A stretch of 64,000 nucleotides of DNA, taken from an uncultured Acidobacteriota bacterium. Its GTDB lineage: Bacteria > Acidobacteriota > Vicinamibacteria > Fen-336. Below the pieces are notes generated by a model. It was not told the origin of the DNA and did no database searches. It saw only the letters and a list, made by a program, of their open reading frames with translations. Each line of letters begins with the position of its first letter. Within the stretch, counting starts at the first letter, position 1. Location: contig CAVUMT010000001.1 of NCBI GenBank assembly GCA_963742595.1, positions 3,854,314-3,918,313 of the forward strand. The letters are read 5' to 3'. A program made the translations under genes and the position numbers. Shown in pieces: positions 54,674 to 63,880 of this stretch.

Positions 54674-55152
54674 CCGTCGATCCACCTCACTGAGCCACCG
54701 AACCGGCGCGCCAGTTCTCTCGCGAGTTCCTCTGCCACCGTTCCGATAATGTGGATGGGGGCGTCAGCCGCGAACGCGTCAGGCCACTCCACCAGAGGCG
54801 CATCACCTCCATAGATGAAGAGGTGATCGGCCAATTCGGGTTCTGCATTTGCTGCAGCGAGTCTGCCGAGTTCTTCAAGGACCGCAGAAGTGAAGGGGAG
54901 GCGCCACTGCTCGGAGCGTGGCCACATGGTCTGCGGAGCTGGGAGGTACGGGCCCGGCACTCGAAGCTGCTCGAGCGACTGCCGCACCGACTGGGATTGG
55001 GAAGTCCCCTCCAGAAACAGAGTGCTTCCGCCGATCGCAACTGAACCCACGTTCTCGAAGAACCGCTGGGCATTAGTGACACCCAGTACCTCCCACCGCG
55101 GCTGGTCCCACAGACTCAACGGCACTCTAGCAGTCACGTTGCCTGCGTCCAA
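54637..55152 (-). CDS. Cassette ORF: hypothetical protein (tail ...QGDEADER from attC)
   Basis: 171 aa; soluble; no family recognised. Confidence 0.4.
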   Translation of the reverse strand: MDAGNVTARVPLSLWDQPRWEVLGVTNAQRFFENVGSVAIGGSTLFLEGTSQSQSVRQSLEQLRVPGPYLPAPQTMWPRSEQWRLPFTSAVLEELGRLAAANAEPELADHLFIYGGDAPLVEWPDAFAADAPIHIIGTVAEELARELARRFGGSVRWIDGAVQQGDEADER

Positions 55153-55164
55153 TCTCGAAAGGTC

Positions 55165-55242
55165 GGTCCAACACCGGGGATAAGCTGCGAAGCTCCATCG
55201 CTTGCGCCGGCTTCGTCTGCTTCATCCACTTGTTGGGCCGCA
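55165..55242. other. attC-like site (q)
   Basis: ggtccAACACcggggataAGCTGCGAAGCtccatcgcttgcgccgGCTTCGtCTGCTtcatccacTTGTTgggc. Confidence 0.7.
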
Positions 55243-55386
55243 CCGTGATTCGACCGCACTAAGGACCGGTCTCTGACGTGTGGTACGCCACGACGCGCCA
55301 GGCATCGCTTGTACGCACGTAGACCTTCATGAAGCGCCAGTGGGCTTGACCCGATTTCGTAGACACCCGATGAAAGGTGGATTACG

Positions 55387-55590
55387 ATGTCGAGCATGAA
55401 GGAGCAAGAGGGAAGGAGCAAGCGTCTTCGACGGGCGTTCACGGAGGAGTTCAAGGCCGGGGCGGTGGGCCTGGTGCTGGACGAAGGCACGACGATCGCC
55501 CAGGTTGCTCGCGACCTGGACCTGAGTGCCAATTCCGTGGCGACGTGGGTCTCCCATGCGAGGGCGGACCAATCCAAGGGCAAGACGGGC
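55387..55590 (+). pseudogene. IS3 OrfA, truncated after ...SKGKTGLT by internal insertion
   Basis: MSSMKEQEGRSKRLRRAFTEEFKAGAVGLVLDEGTTIAQVARDLDLSANSVATWVSHARADQSKGKTGLT then unrelated sequence. Confidence 0.7.
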
Positions 55591-56118
55591 CTGACGGCTC
55601 CCTCGCTCTCTGGCTTTACGTGGTGCGTTCCATGGCTCTTCGAACTCTCCAAGCGTAGATCCCGCTTCACGCAAGGCCACTCGCTTCCCGAGGAGCGTGG
55701 AGCCGCGCGGCTGCCTGCAAGGGATGTGACGCCCCTCGGGACGCCATAGCTCCCTTCATTGCCCAGCAACCTCATGATGCCAGATCCCCGACGAGTGCCG
55801 CGAAGGTCTGCGCTCTCGCGGGAAGACTCCACTGCCCAGCTCACTCTTCGCTCGCGGAGTCCTCTCGATTGCCGTGGGGGCGGCGCATCCCTTGCTACCA
55901 CTGCACGCGACGTGACACGCCGGATTCGAACGACGATCTCCACCTACTCACCGCGTCCGTTTCCCACAGCGATCCGTTAGGCCGTCAACCGCGGATCAGC
56001 TGCAAAGCGCGACTCAGTTAAAAAAGCCGATCCGCGGACCTTCTTCCAAGGAGACTGCGCTTTGCCAGCTGCATCCGCTCGTTGGACGGCTCCCTCGCTC
56101 TCTGGCTTTACGTGGTGC
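55591..56118. repeat. Insert inside IS copy 2: 390-bp element copy 2 + attC-like site (55983-56091, near-identical to site g) + 36-bp direct repeat of the element start
   Basis: Circular permutation of the unit attC_g + element seen at 49845-50345; direct repeats ggctccctcgctctctggctttacgtggtgcgttc at 55591 and 56083. Confidence 0.7.
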
Positions 56119-56983
56119 GTTCATGGCCTTGCGGAGAGGGCGGCGTATCCGATTCGAGGATGTGCGCTTTTCTCTCGGTGTCTCGGGCTGGCTTCTATGC
56201 CTGGCAGGAGCGCCCGGAGTCGCGGTGGGCGCGCGAGGATCGGAGGCTCGCGGTTCTGGTCCAGGCGGCTCACGAAGGGCAGTCGCCGAAGCTACGGCAG
56301 CCCCCGCGTGCATGCCGAGCTGGCCTTTCAGGGAGAGCACGTGGGCCGGAAGCGGATCGCGAGACTCTGCGCCAGGGGCGCCTCAAGGCTCGTGTCCGTC
56401 GCCGGTACAAGAGCACCACGATGAGCGAGCACGATCAGCCGATTGCTCCGAACCTGCTCGCCCGCCGGTTCGACGCCACATCGCCGAACCAGCGGTGGGT
56501 CGGTGACACCACGGAGTTGCTCGCGGGAAGCGGCAAGCTATACCTGGCCGCCGTCCTCGACCTCTACTCCAGGCTCATACGCTGGCTGGGCGATCAGCGC
56601 TGTGAACGATCGCCATCTCACCCTTCGAGCCCTGGACCAAGCATCTGCAGCGCCGGGATCCGCACGCCGGGCTGCTTCATCATTCCGATCAGGGCAGTAC
56701 GTACGCCAGCGAAGACTACCGTCGGACACTGGCCGCTCGTGGAATCACCTGCAGCATGAGCCGCCGTGGGGACTGTTACGACAACGCGGCCATGGAGAGC
56801 TGGTTCTCGACGCTCAAGTTCGAGCTCGGCGAGCGGTTCGATACCCCAGGTGATGCCAAGCACCAGCTCTTCGACTACATCGAGGTGTTCTACAACAAGA
56901 AGCGCAGACACTCGTCCCTGGGATACGCGAGCCCTGCCGAGATGGAACGGCGTTACTCTGTTGGCGATCAACCGGCGGCATAG
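56119..56983 (+). pseudogene. IS3 OrfB (DDE transposase), frameshifted
   Basis: ...EKAAYPISRMCAFLSVSRAGFYAWQERPESRWAREDRRL..., ...NQRWVGDTTELLAGSGKLYLAAVLDLYSRLI..., ...CYDNAAMESWFSTLKFEL... Confidence 0.7.
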
Positions 56984-57014
56984 AGAGACTGTCTACCACA
57001 ACGGGTCAAGCCCA

Positions 57015-57324
57015 AGCGGTCAACACGCCCGTCTCGCCGACGCCAGCGGTGTAGAGCCGTTTCCCGTTCAGGTGCACCTCGAACCCGACCATGATCAGCG
57101 TGCCCTCCAATCTGTCGGTGTCATCGCCCGCTTAGCAACGTCCGCAGAACACTTAGTATCTTGCAAGGATAACGCCTTTGGCCTTGCGTGGTTTGCAAGG
57201 TAACGCCGAGGATCCAGTTCCGAGGAGGGGGAAGTAACGCCCGGGAAGGAGGTTGCGGGGGGCGGGTGGTTTCACGAGGGTGATAGCTTGCGTCGGATAA
57301 CGTTTTGGCCACGCGAAGGCTTGG
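57015..57324. other. Candidate attI / Pc region between IS copy 2 and the intI 3' end
   Basis: Contains gcagaacactt (half-attC-like junction) followed by direct repeats cttgcaaggataacgcc / tttgcaaggtaacgcc (IntI-binding direct-repeat-like). Confidence 0.35.
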
Positions 57325-58390
57325 TCAGGGGGTCGGGTCGGCGGCGATGGAGTCGAGGGGGCTGCGGACGCCGCGACCGCCGCGGTTGAGGACGTGGGTG
57401 TAGATCATGGTGGTGGAGACGTCGCTGTGGCCCAGGAGCTCCTGGATGGTGCGGATGTCGTAGCCGCTCTCCAGCAGGTGCGTGGCGAACGAATGGCGGA
57501 GGCTGTGGCAGGTCGCGGGCTTTGAGATGTTGGCGGAGCGCACTGCGTTCTTGAAGGCTCGCTGAATGGCGGATTCGTGCAGGTGGTGGCGGAGCCGCTC
57601 GCCCGTCTTTGGATCGACGTACAGCCGGCTGGCCGGGAAGACCCACTGCCAGGGCCACTCGCGACGAGGCGTTCGGGTATTTTTCGGCGAGGGCGTGGGG
57701 AAGCCGCACGGTGCCCACACCGGCCCGCCGATCGTTGTCGTAGCGGGTGCGGACACGGTCGATGTGGGCGCGCAGTGGAGGGGCCAGGCGATCCGGGCAG
57801 CATCGTGACCCGGTCCTTGTCGCCCTTGCCGGAGCGGACGGTGAGCTCTCCCCGAGCGAAGTCGACGTCCTTGATCCGGAGCTGGGCGCACTCGAGGACG
57901 CGGAGGCCCGCGCCGTACATCAGCGACGCCATCAGGCCGAACGCACCGTTCAAGTGGCTCAGGATGAGCGCCACCTCCTGCCGCGTGAGGGTCTGGGGCA
58001 GCCGCTCCGGCCTCTTGGCGCGCACCACCTTGTCCAGCCCCTCGAGCTCGCGTCCCAGGACTTCGCGGTAGAGGAACAGCAGCGCGCTGAAGGCCTGGTT
58101 CTGCGTGCCGGCGCTCACACTCGGCGTGTACGGCGAGGCGCGTCAGGTAGGCGCCGACGTCGTCTGCGCCCAGGGACTCCGTGTCGCGGCCCCGGTGGAA
58201 CGCGCAATAGCGCTGGATCCAGCCGAGATACGCCTTCTCCGTTCGGCGGCTGTAGTGACGCGTCCGAAGCAGATCGCGCGTGCGGTCGATCAGCGGCTTG
58301 GGCGGACCGCCGTTGGAGCGCCGTCGAACCTGTCCGGTGACCACGATGCGCGCCGGGCCGGTGAAGTCGGTACGCGGGTCGGGCGGGCGG
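57325..58390 (-). CDS. intI: Integron integrase IntI (tyrosine recombinase with IntI-specific insertion), two frameshifts; maximal ORF to 58491
   Basis: ...[24 protein letters not shown]..., ...[36 protein letters not shown]...[37 protein letters not shown]..., ...[106 protein letters not shown]. Confidence 0.85.
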
Positions 58391-58567
58391 AAATCGGGGG
58401 GAGGCGCGACGCTCGTCGTCACGCGCCCTCCGCGGGCGCGAGGCGGGGACGTCGCCGGCCAGGGCGGAGTGCCGCCGAGCGGATTGCCCATCGGCCAAGC
58501 CTAGTCGGGAGGGCGGACGGGGGAGGTCCGGAACGGATTGCGGTCTGGACGACACACCGGTGCGCCC

Positions 58568-60069
58568 TAGACGACCGAGTCGCGCTCCACCCGCCGGATG
58601 GCGCGATAGCGGTCGAACGCCGTGCGCTCGGGCTCCAGGCCCAGCCAGGAGCGCCAGGTGCTGCCGCGGAAGGTGTGGGCGAGCATGGCGCGGCCGTGGC
58701 GCAGGACGAAGCCGGGTCTGCTGAGCGAGGGCGGCGGGGAAGTGGCGGACCTTCATCCAGCGCTCCGCGCCGCCAGCGCAGGAACTCGATCTCGTCCGCG
58801 GACAGGTGCTCGCTGCGCACCACCGCGGTGGTGCCGTCGTACTCCTCGACGCGCTCGTTCACGATGAGGCCCCGGTCGCGCAGGTCGCGGGTCATGGGCG
58901 TGCGCGGGTAGGGCGTCGGGTGCTGGATGTACGGCCAGTCCACGTAGCGGCGGGCGAAGTCGAGGTTCGCCTCGATCGACTCGCGGGTGTCGTCCGGGGT
59001 TGCCGACGATGAGGCCGCCCACCACGTACATGCCGTTGCGGTGCAGAGCCTCGATGGCGTCGATGGTGGCGTTGCCGGTGCGGCGGCCGTGCTCGCGCTT
59101 GCGCGTTCTTGGCGCTCGCCTTCAGGAAGCCGAGGTCCTCCTCGAGGACGTTCTCGATCCCCAGGAAGACGTAGCGGAAGCCGGCCTCGCGCATGAGCGG
59201 GGCGAGCGTCTCCGCCGGAGTTCGCGATGGCCGAGGTCATGCCCTGGACCATGTACTCGACGTGGTGGAGACCCGCCTCCACGATCGCCCGGCACAGGGC
59301 CTCGAAGCGCGTCGACGTTGAGCGTGATGTTGTCGTCCACCATGAAGATGGCGCGCGCCCCGTGGTCGCGCGCGTCGCGGATGTCGTCGAGCACGCGGTC
59401 GAAGGCGAAGGTGTGGAAGTTGCGGCCGCGCATCTCGATGATCGAGCAGAAGCTGCAGTCGAAGGTGCAGCCGCGCGAGGTCTCGATCACGTCCACCGGC
59501 CGGCCCAGGAGGGTGTAGCCGCGAGAGGACGCGCGCGGCGCGCTGGGGCGGCCGGATCTGACCGTTCTCGAGTCCGTGTGACCGGTCGGGCGTGTTCGTG
59601 CGGTATTCCTGCCCGTCGCGATAGGCCAGCCCGGGATGTCTTCGAGAGCCCGTCCCGTTCTCCAGCGCGCGCAGCAGCTCGCGGAACGTCGATCTCCCCC
59701 TCGCCCCGCACGACGAAGTCGGCGGTGCCGTCCGTCCAGGCCTCGGGCGCGAGGCTCGGGTCGTAGCCGCCGACCACGATCCGGGCTTCGGGCCGCAGCG
59801 CCGCGCACGATCGCGACGATCCGCCGGGCGGTGCGGCGCTGGAAGGTCATGACGGAGAGGCCGACCACGTCGGGCTGGCGCTCGCGGACGAGCCGCGTCC
59901 ACCGTCTCGCGCACCGCCCCTGGGCCAGGATGAGGTCCGCGACCGCCACCCGGTGGTGGGGATCGACGTTGCCGGCCAGGGAGGAGAGCGCGCCGTTGGG
60001 CATGCGGATGGCCACCGAGGACATGTGCTCGAAGGAGTCCGGCATCGACAGCAGCAGGACGTTCATCGG
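58568..60069 (-). CDS. B12-binding-domain radical SAM protein (frameshifted)
   Basis: N-terminal MNVLLLSMPDSFEHMSSVAIRMPNGALSSLAGNVD... (B12-binding); ...ETSRGCTFDCSFCSI... (CX3CX2C). Confidence 0.65.
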
Positions 60070-60172
60070 ACGGCTTCCGCGAGGACATGGTACGCCCGTG
60101 CGCAAGCTCGGTCTGTCAACTCGGAAAAGATCGGCTACGATCAGGCGGGTCGTCCAACGCGAACGGCGGGGC

Positions 60173-61065
60173 ATGAGCGGAGAGCGGGCGGACGTCGGCA
60201 TCATCGGGGGCAGCGGCCTCTACGAGATGGAGGGCTTCCGGAGGTCGCGCGAGGTGGCGGTCGAGACGCCCTTCGGCCCGCCCTCCGACCGCTTCATGCG
60301 TGGGCACGCTCGAAGGCCGGCGCGTCGCCTTCCTGCCCCGCCACGCGCCGCGGCCACCGCCTCCTGCCCGCGCGAGCTGCAACTTCCGGGCCAACATCTT
60401 CGCCCTGAAGGCGCTGGGCGTGGAGCGGATCCTCTCCGTCTCCGCGGTGGGCTCGCTCAAGGAGAAGTACGCGCCCCTGCACATGGTGATCCCCGACCAG
60501 TTCGTGGACCGCACGCACGCAGCGGAAGTCCACGTTCTTCGGCCGCGGCCTCGTGGCCCACGTGGCCTTCGCCCATCCCTTCTGCGCCGACCTCTCGCGC
60601 GCGTGCTGGCCGAGGCCTGCGCGGAGGCCGGGCGCCACCATCCACGTGGGCGGCACCTACGTCTGCATCGAGGGCCCGCAGTTCTCCACCCGCGCCGAGT
60701 CGGAGCTCTACCGCTCGTGGGGCATGGACGTCATCGGCATGACCAACCTGCAGGAGGCGAAGCTCGCCCGCGAGGCGGAGATCTGCTACGCGACGCTGGC
60801 CATGGTCACCGACTACGACTGCTGGCACCCCGACCACGACGCGCGTGACCGTCGGAGCAGGTCATCGGCGAACCTCGGCGCAGAACGCGGCCACGGCCCA
60901 GGCCGTGCTGCGGGCGGCGGTGCGCCGCATGCCGGGCACGCCGCGCGAGCTGCGAGTGCGCGCAGCGCGCTGCGGAACGCGCTCATGACGCCCGCCGACG
61001 CTGGTGCCGGACGCAGGTCAAGCGCGACCTCGCGCCCATCATCGGGAAGTACATGCAGGTGAGCG
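60173..61065 (+). CDS. mtnP: S-methyl-5'-thioadenosine phosphorylase (frameshifted)
   Basis: ...[17 protein letters not shown]..., ...[26 protein letters not shown]..., ...[31 protein letters not shown]... Confidence 0.75.
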
Positions 61066-61986
61066 ATGTCCATCCTCGTCGTCGGCAGCGTCGCGTTCGA
61101 CACCGTGGAGACGCCCTTCGGCACGGCGGAGCAGGTGCTGGGCGGCAGCGCCTCCTTCTTCTCGGTGGCCGCGTCCTTCTTCGCCCCCGTGAACCTGGTG
61201 GGGGTGGTGGGCGAGCGACTTCGGCGAGAAGGAGCTCGCCGCCTTCCGCGGGCCGGCCCATCGACCTCGAGGGCCTCGAGCGCATGGACGGCGCAGACCT
61301 TCCACTGGCAGGGCAAGTACTCCTACGACCTGAACTCGCGCGAGACCATCTGCACCGACCTGAACGTGTTCGAGTTCTTCAAGCCCAAGATCCCCGCGAC
61401 GCTACCGGGCCTCGGAGCACGTGTTCCTCGGCAACATCGACCCCGTGCTCCAGCGCGACGTGCTCGACGCAGGTGGAGAAGCCGCGGCTCGTGGCCTGCG
61501 ACACCATGAACTTCTGGATCTCGCGGCAAGCCCGAGGAGCTGCAAGAAGACGCTCGCGCGGGTGGACGTCCTCCTGATCAACGACGCCGAGGCGCGCGAG
61601 CTGTCGGGCGAGTGGAACATCGTGAAGGCGGCGCGGGCGATCCGGGCCATGGGGCCGTCGACGCTCGTGGTCAAGAAGGGCGAGCACGGGGTCGCTGATG
61701 TTCTCGGAGCGCGGGCACCTTCGCGGCCCCCGCCTATCCGCTCGAGGACGTCTTCGACCCCACCGGCGCGGGCGACACCTTCGCCGGCGGCTTCCTGGGC
61801 TACCTGGCGGCGCCGCGCGAGCCTCGGACGACGAGGCCCTGCGCCGCGCCGTGATCATGGGCAGCACGCTCGCCTCGTTCTGCGTGGAGGCCTTCAGCCT
61901 CGACCGCCTGCTCACGCCTGACCCGGCCGGAGATCGACGAGCGCTTCCGGCTGTTCAAGCGGCTCACGCACTTCGAAGAGCTGTAG
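61066..61986 (+). CDS. PfkB-family carbohydrate/nucleoside kinase (multiple frameshifts)
   Basis: MSILVVGSVAFDTVETPFG..., ...DPTGAGDTFAGGFLGYLA... Confidence 0.6.
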
Positions 61987-61996
61987 CCGGCGCCGC

Positions 61997-62378
61997 CTAG
62001 CTGGTGGCGCGCGACTCCAGCATCGTGTTGACGATGGTCAGGAGCTTGTTCGCCGTGAAGGGCTTGTTGATGTACATGACGGCCCCCGACTCGAAGCCCT
62101 CGGCGAGCGCCTCGCCCCCGCCCTTGGCGGTGAGGAAGATGACGGGCACGTCCTTGAGGCGCGGGTCTTCCTTGATCTTCCGGCAGACGGTGAAGCCGTC
62201 GACCTCCGGCATCATCACGTCGAGCAGGACGAGGTCGAAGGCGTGCTCGGCCAGGAGCTTCAGGGCCTCCGGCCCCGCCGCCCGCGGCCGTCACGTCGAA
62301 CCCCTTCTGCTCGAGGATCGTGCGCTCGAGGCTCAGGATGTTCTCGTCGTCGTCCACGACCAGGATCCTCTTGGCCAT
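61997..62378 (-). CDS. Single-domain response regulator (CheY-like), one frameshift
   Basis: MAKRILVVDDDENILSLE..., ...LVLLDVMMPEVDGFTVCRKIKEDPRLKDVPVIFLTAKG... Confidence 0.7.
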
Positions 62379-62475
62379 CAGGACCTCCGGAGCCGACGTC
62401 TCCGCAACCCGGCGATTCTAGCAAGCCACCACCGCGTTGTCAGCAATGGGTTTGTCGGGCTTCGAGCCAAAGCGC

Positions 62476-63069
62476 TCATTGCACGCGGACGCCGCCGCAG
62501 ACGCCCGACTGGCTGCACGCTTCGTAGAGACCCGGTCCGTAGGCGAAGACGAGGAACTGGTTCTCGGGGTGGTTCCCGCAGAAGGGCGGCCGGATGGCCC
62601 CTTCCACGCAGGGCCTCAGGTTCGCGGTCCAGGTCGGGCCGTAGCGGTTCGTGTCCGCCGCCCTCCCCACGAGGACCGCGTCGCACATGGTCCGCTCGGG
62701 ATGTCCTTCGGGCCGCGGCGGGCAGAACCGGCGGCGGTCCGTGAAGCCGATGGCCTCGCAGTAGTCCGGGTCGGGTCCGACGATCGGCGTCGAGTCCAGG
62801 ATGAGTCGCGACGCGCCGACGATGTGGATTCCTACATCCACGCGCGCGAGCGGCGGCGGCTTGGGGCTCGCGCACGCCGAGGGGTCGATGTCCGGGGGCC
62901 GGGCCGGCGGGCGCTCCGACTCTTCGGGAGAAGGAGTGGCGGACGGTTGGGGAGTGGGAGCGAGCGCCAGGGGCTGGGGTACCGGCCGGGTCGGGGCGGG
63001 GGAGCCGCAGCCGACGACCGACGCGACGATCGCGGCGATTCCGCCCCGGCCCCACGCCGCTCGCGCCAC
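62476..63069 (-). CDS. Cys-rich lipoprotein, paralog 1 (unknown family)
   Basis: Lipobox VVGCGS; Pro-rich linker; about 110-aa C-terminal domain with 8 conserved Cys (...RLILDSTPIVGPD..C..IGFTD.R.FCP.RPEGHP...NHP.NQFLVFA...GVCG...). Confidence 0.6.
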   Translation of the reverse strand: MARAAWGRGGIAAIVASVVGCGSPAPTRPVPQPLALAPTPQPSATPSPEESERPPARPPDIDPSACASPKPPPLARVDVGIHIVGASRLILDSTPIVGPDPDYCEAIGFTDRRRFCPPRPEGHPERTMCDAVLVGRAADTNRYGPTWTANLRPCVEGAIRPPFCGNHPENQFLVFAYGPGLYEACSQSGVCGGVRVQ

Positions 63070-63145
63070 CGGCCCTCCGTATCCCGACTCCTGCCAGAGC
63101 AGGCTCGGCGCCGTAAGAGTACGTCAACTGGGGAACGCGAGCGAG

Positions 63146-63835
63146 CTATTGGGCGGTGTACGAGCCGCACACGCCGTTCGGCCCGCACGCCCGGAACGTC
63201 CCGGCGCCCACGGCGAAGACGAGGAACTGGTTGCCGGGGTGGTTGTTGCAGTAGGGCAGGTTCCCGTCGCCAGCGGTGCAGGGATGGTTGTTCGCGCTCC
63301 AGGTCGGTCCGATGCGCCCCGTGTCCCCGGCCGTTCCGATGATGCCGGCCTCGCAGGCGAATCGATCGGGATGCCCCTCCGGCCGCACCGGACAGAACTG
63401 GCGGCCGTCGGTGAAGCCGATCTCGCGGCAAAAGGCGGCGTTGGGCCCCACGAGGGGCGTCGAGTCCAGGATGAGCCGCCCCGCGCCGACGATCAGCAGC
63501 CCGACCTGGATCCTCCCGAGCGGCGGCGGCGTGGGAGCGCTGCAGGAGCCGGACGGAGGGCTCCCCCCGCCTCCTCCGGGCGGGGGATCGTCCGGGGTGG
63601 GGGTGGGGCTCGGCCGCACCGTCGGCTGGGGAGCAGGCGCCGCCGGTATCGGGTTGATCGGGGTCAGTGGACCGCCGCCGGCGGGAGGGCCGGGGGCGGT
63701 CGGAGGATCCTCGTTGACCGTCTCGGAGCACCCCAGGAGCGCAAGGAGGCCGGCCGCGAGAAAAAGCGAGCGCGGGAGGGGGGTTCCCAGTGCGCGCATG
63801 ACGACGAGGGTCACACGGGGCGGTGGGGCTGTCAA
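63146..63835 (-). CDS. Cys-rich lipoprotein, paralog 2
   Basis: Lipobox LLALLGCSE; same C-terminal domain as paralog 1. Confidence 0.6.
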   Translation of the reverse strand: MTAPPPRVTLVVMRALGTPLPRSLFLAAGLLALLGCSETVNEDPPTAPGPPAGGGPLTPINPIPAAPAPQPTVRPSPTPTPDDPPPGGGGGSPPSGSCSAPTPPPLGRIQVGLLIVGAGRLILDSTPLVGPNAAFCREIGFTDGRQFCPVRPEGHPDRFACEAGIIGTAGDTGRIGPTWSANNHPCTAGDGNLPYCNNHPGNQFLVFAVGAGTFRACGPNGVCGSYTAQ

Positions 63836-63880
63836 CCCGAAATGCGCCTGGCCCCTACCGCTCCACCACCACTTCTCCGC

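Larger units (their letters stand above)
55341..57014 (+). mobile_element. IS3-family insertion sequence, copy 2 (1674 bp; carries ~528-bp internal cassette-derived insert replacing ~130 bp)
   Basis: Same terminal inverted repeats as copy 1 (TGGGCTTGACCCGATTTCGTAGACA...CTGTCTACCACAACGGGTCAAGCCCA). Confidence 0.8.

Noticed and set aside
55134-55943. 269-aa minus-strand ORF across attC_q and the IS copy 2 left end
   Set aside because: It is the antisense translation of IS orfA plus junction sequence. Its identical 'paralog' at 46169 is simply antisense to IS copy 1.
44693-57200. Regularly recurring palindromic repeats could be mistaken for a CRISPR array
   Set aside because: Repeats are 70-115 bp, imperfect and individually divergent. 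Spacing is 300-700 bp, and each interval holds an ORF. The outer boxes (…AACAC / TTGTT…), bulged hairpins and adjacent IntI point to attC sites. There are no cas genes.
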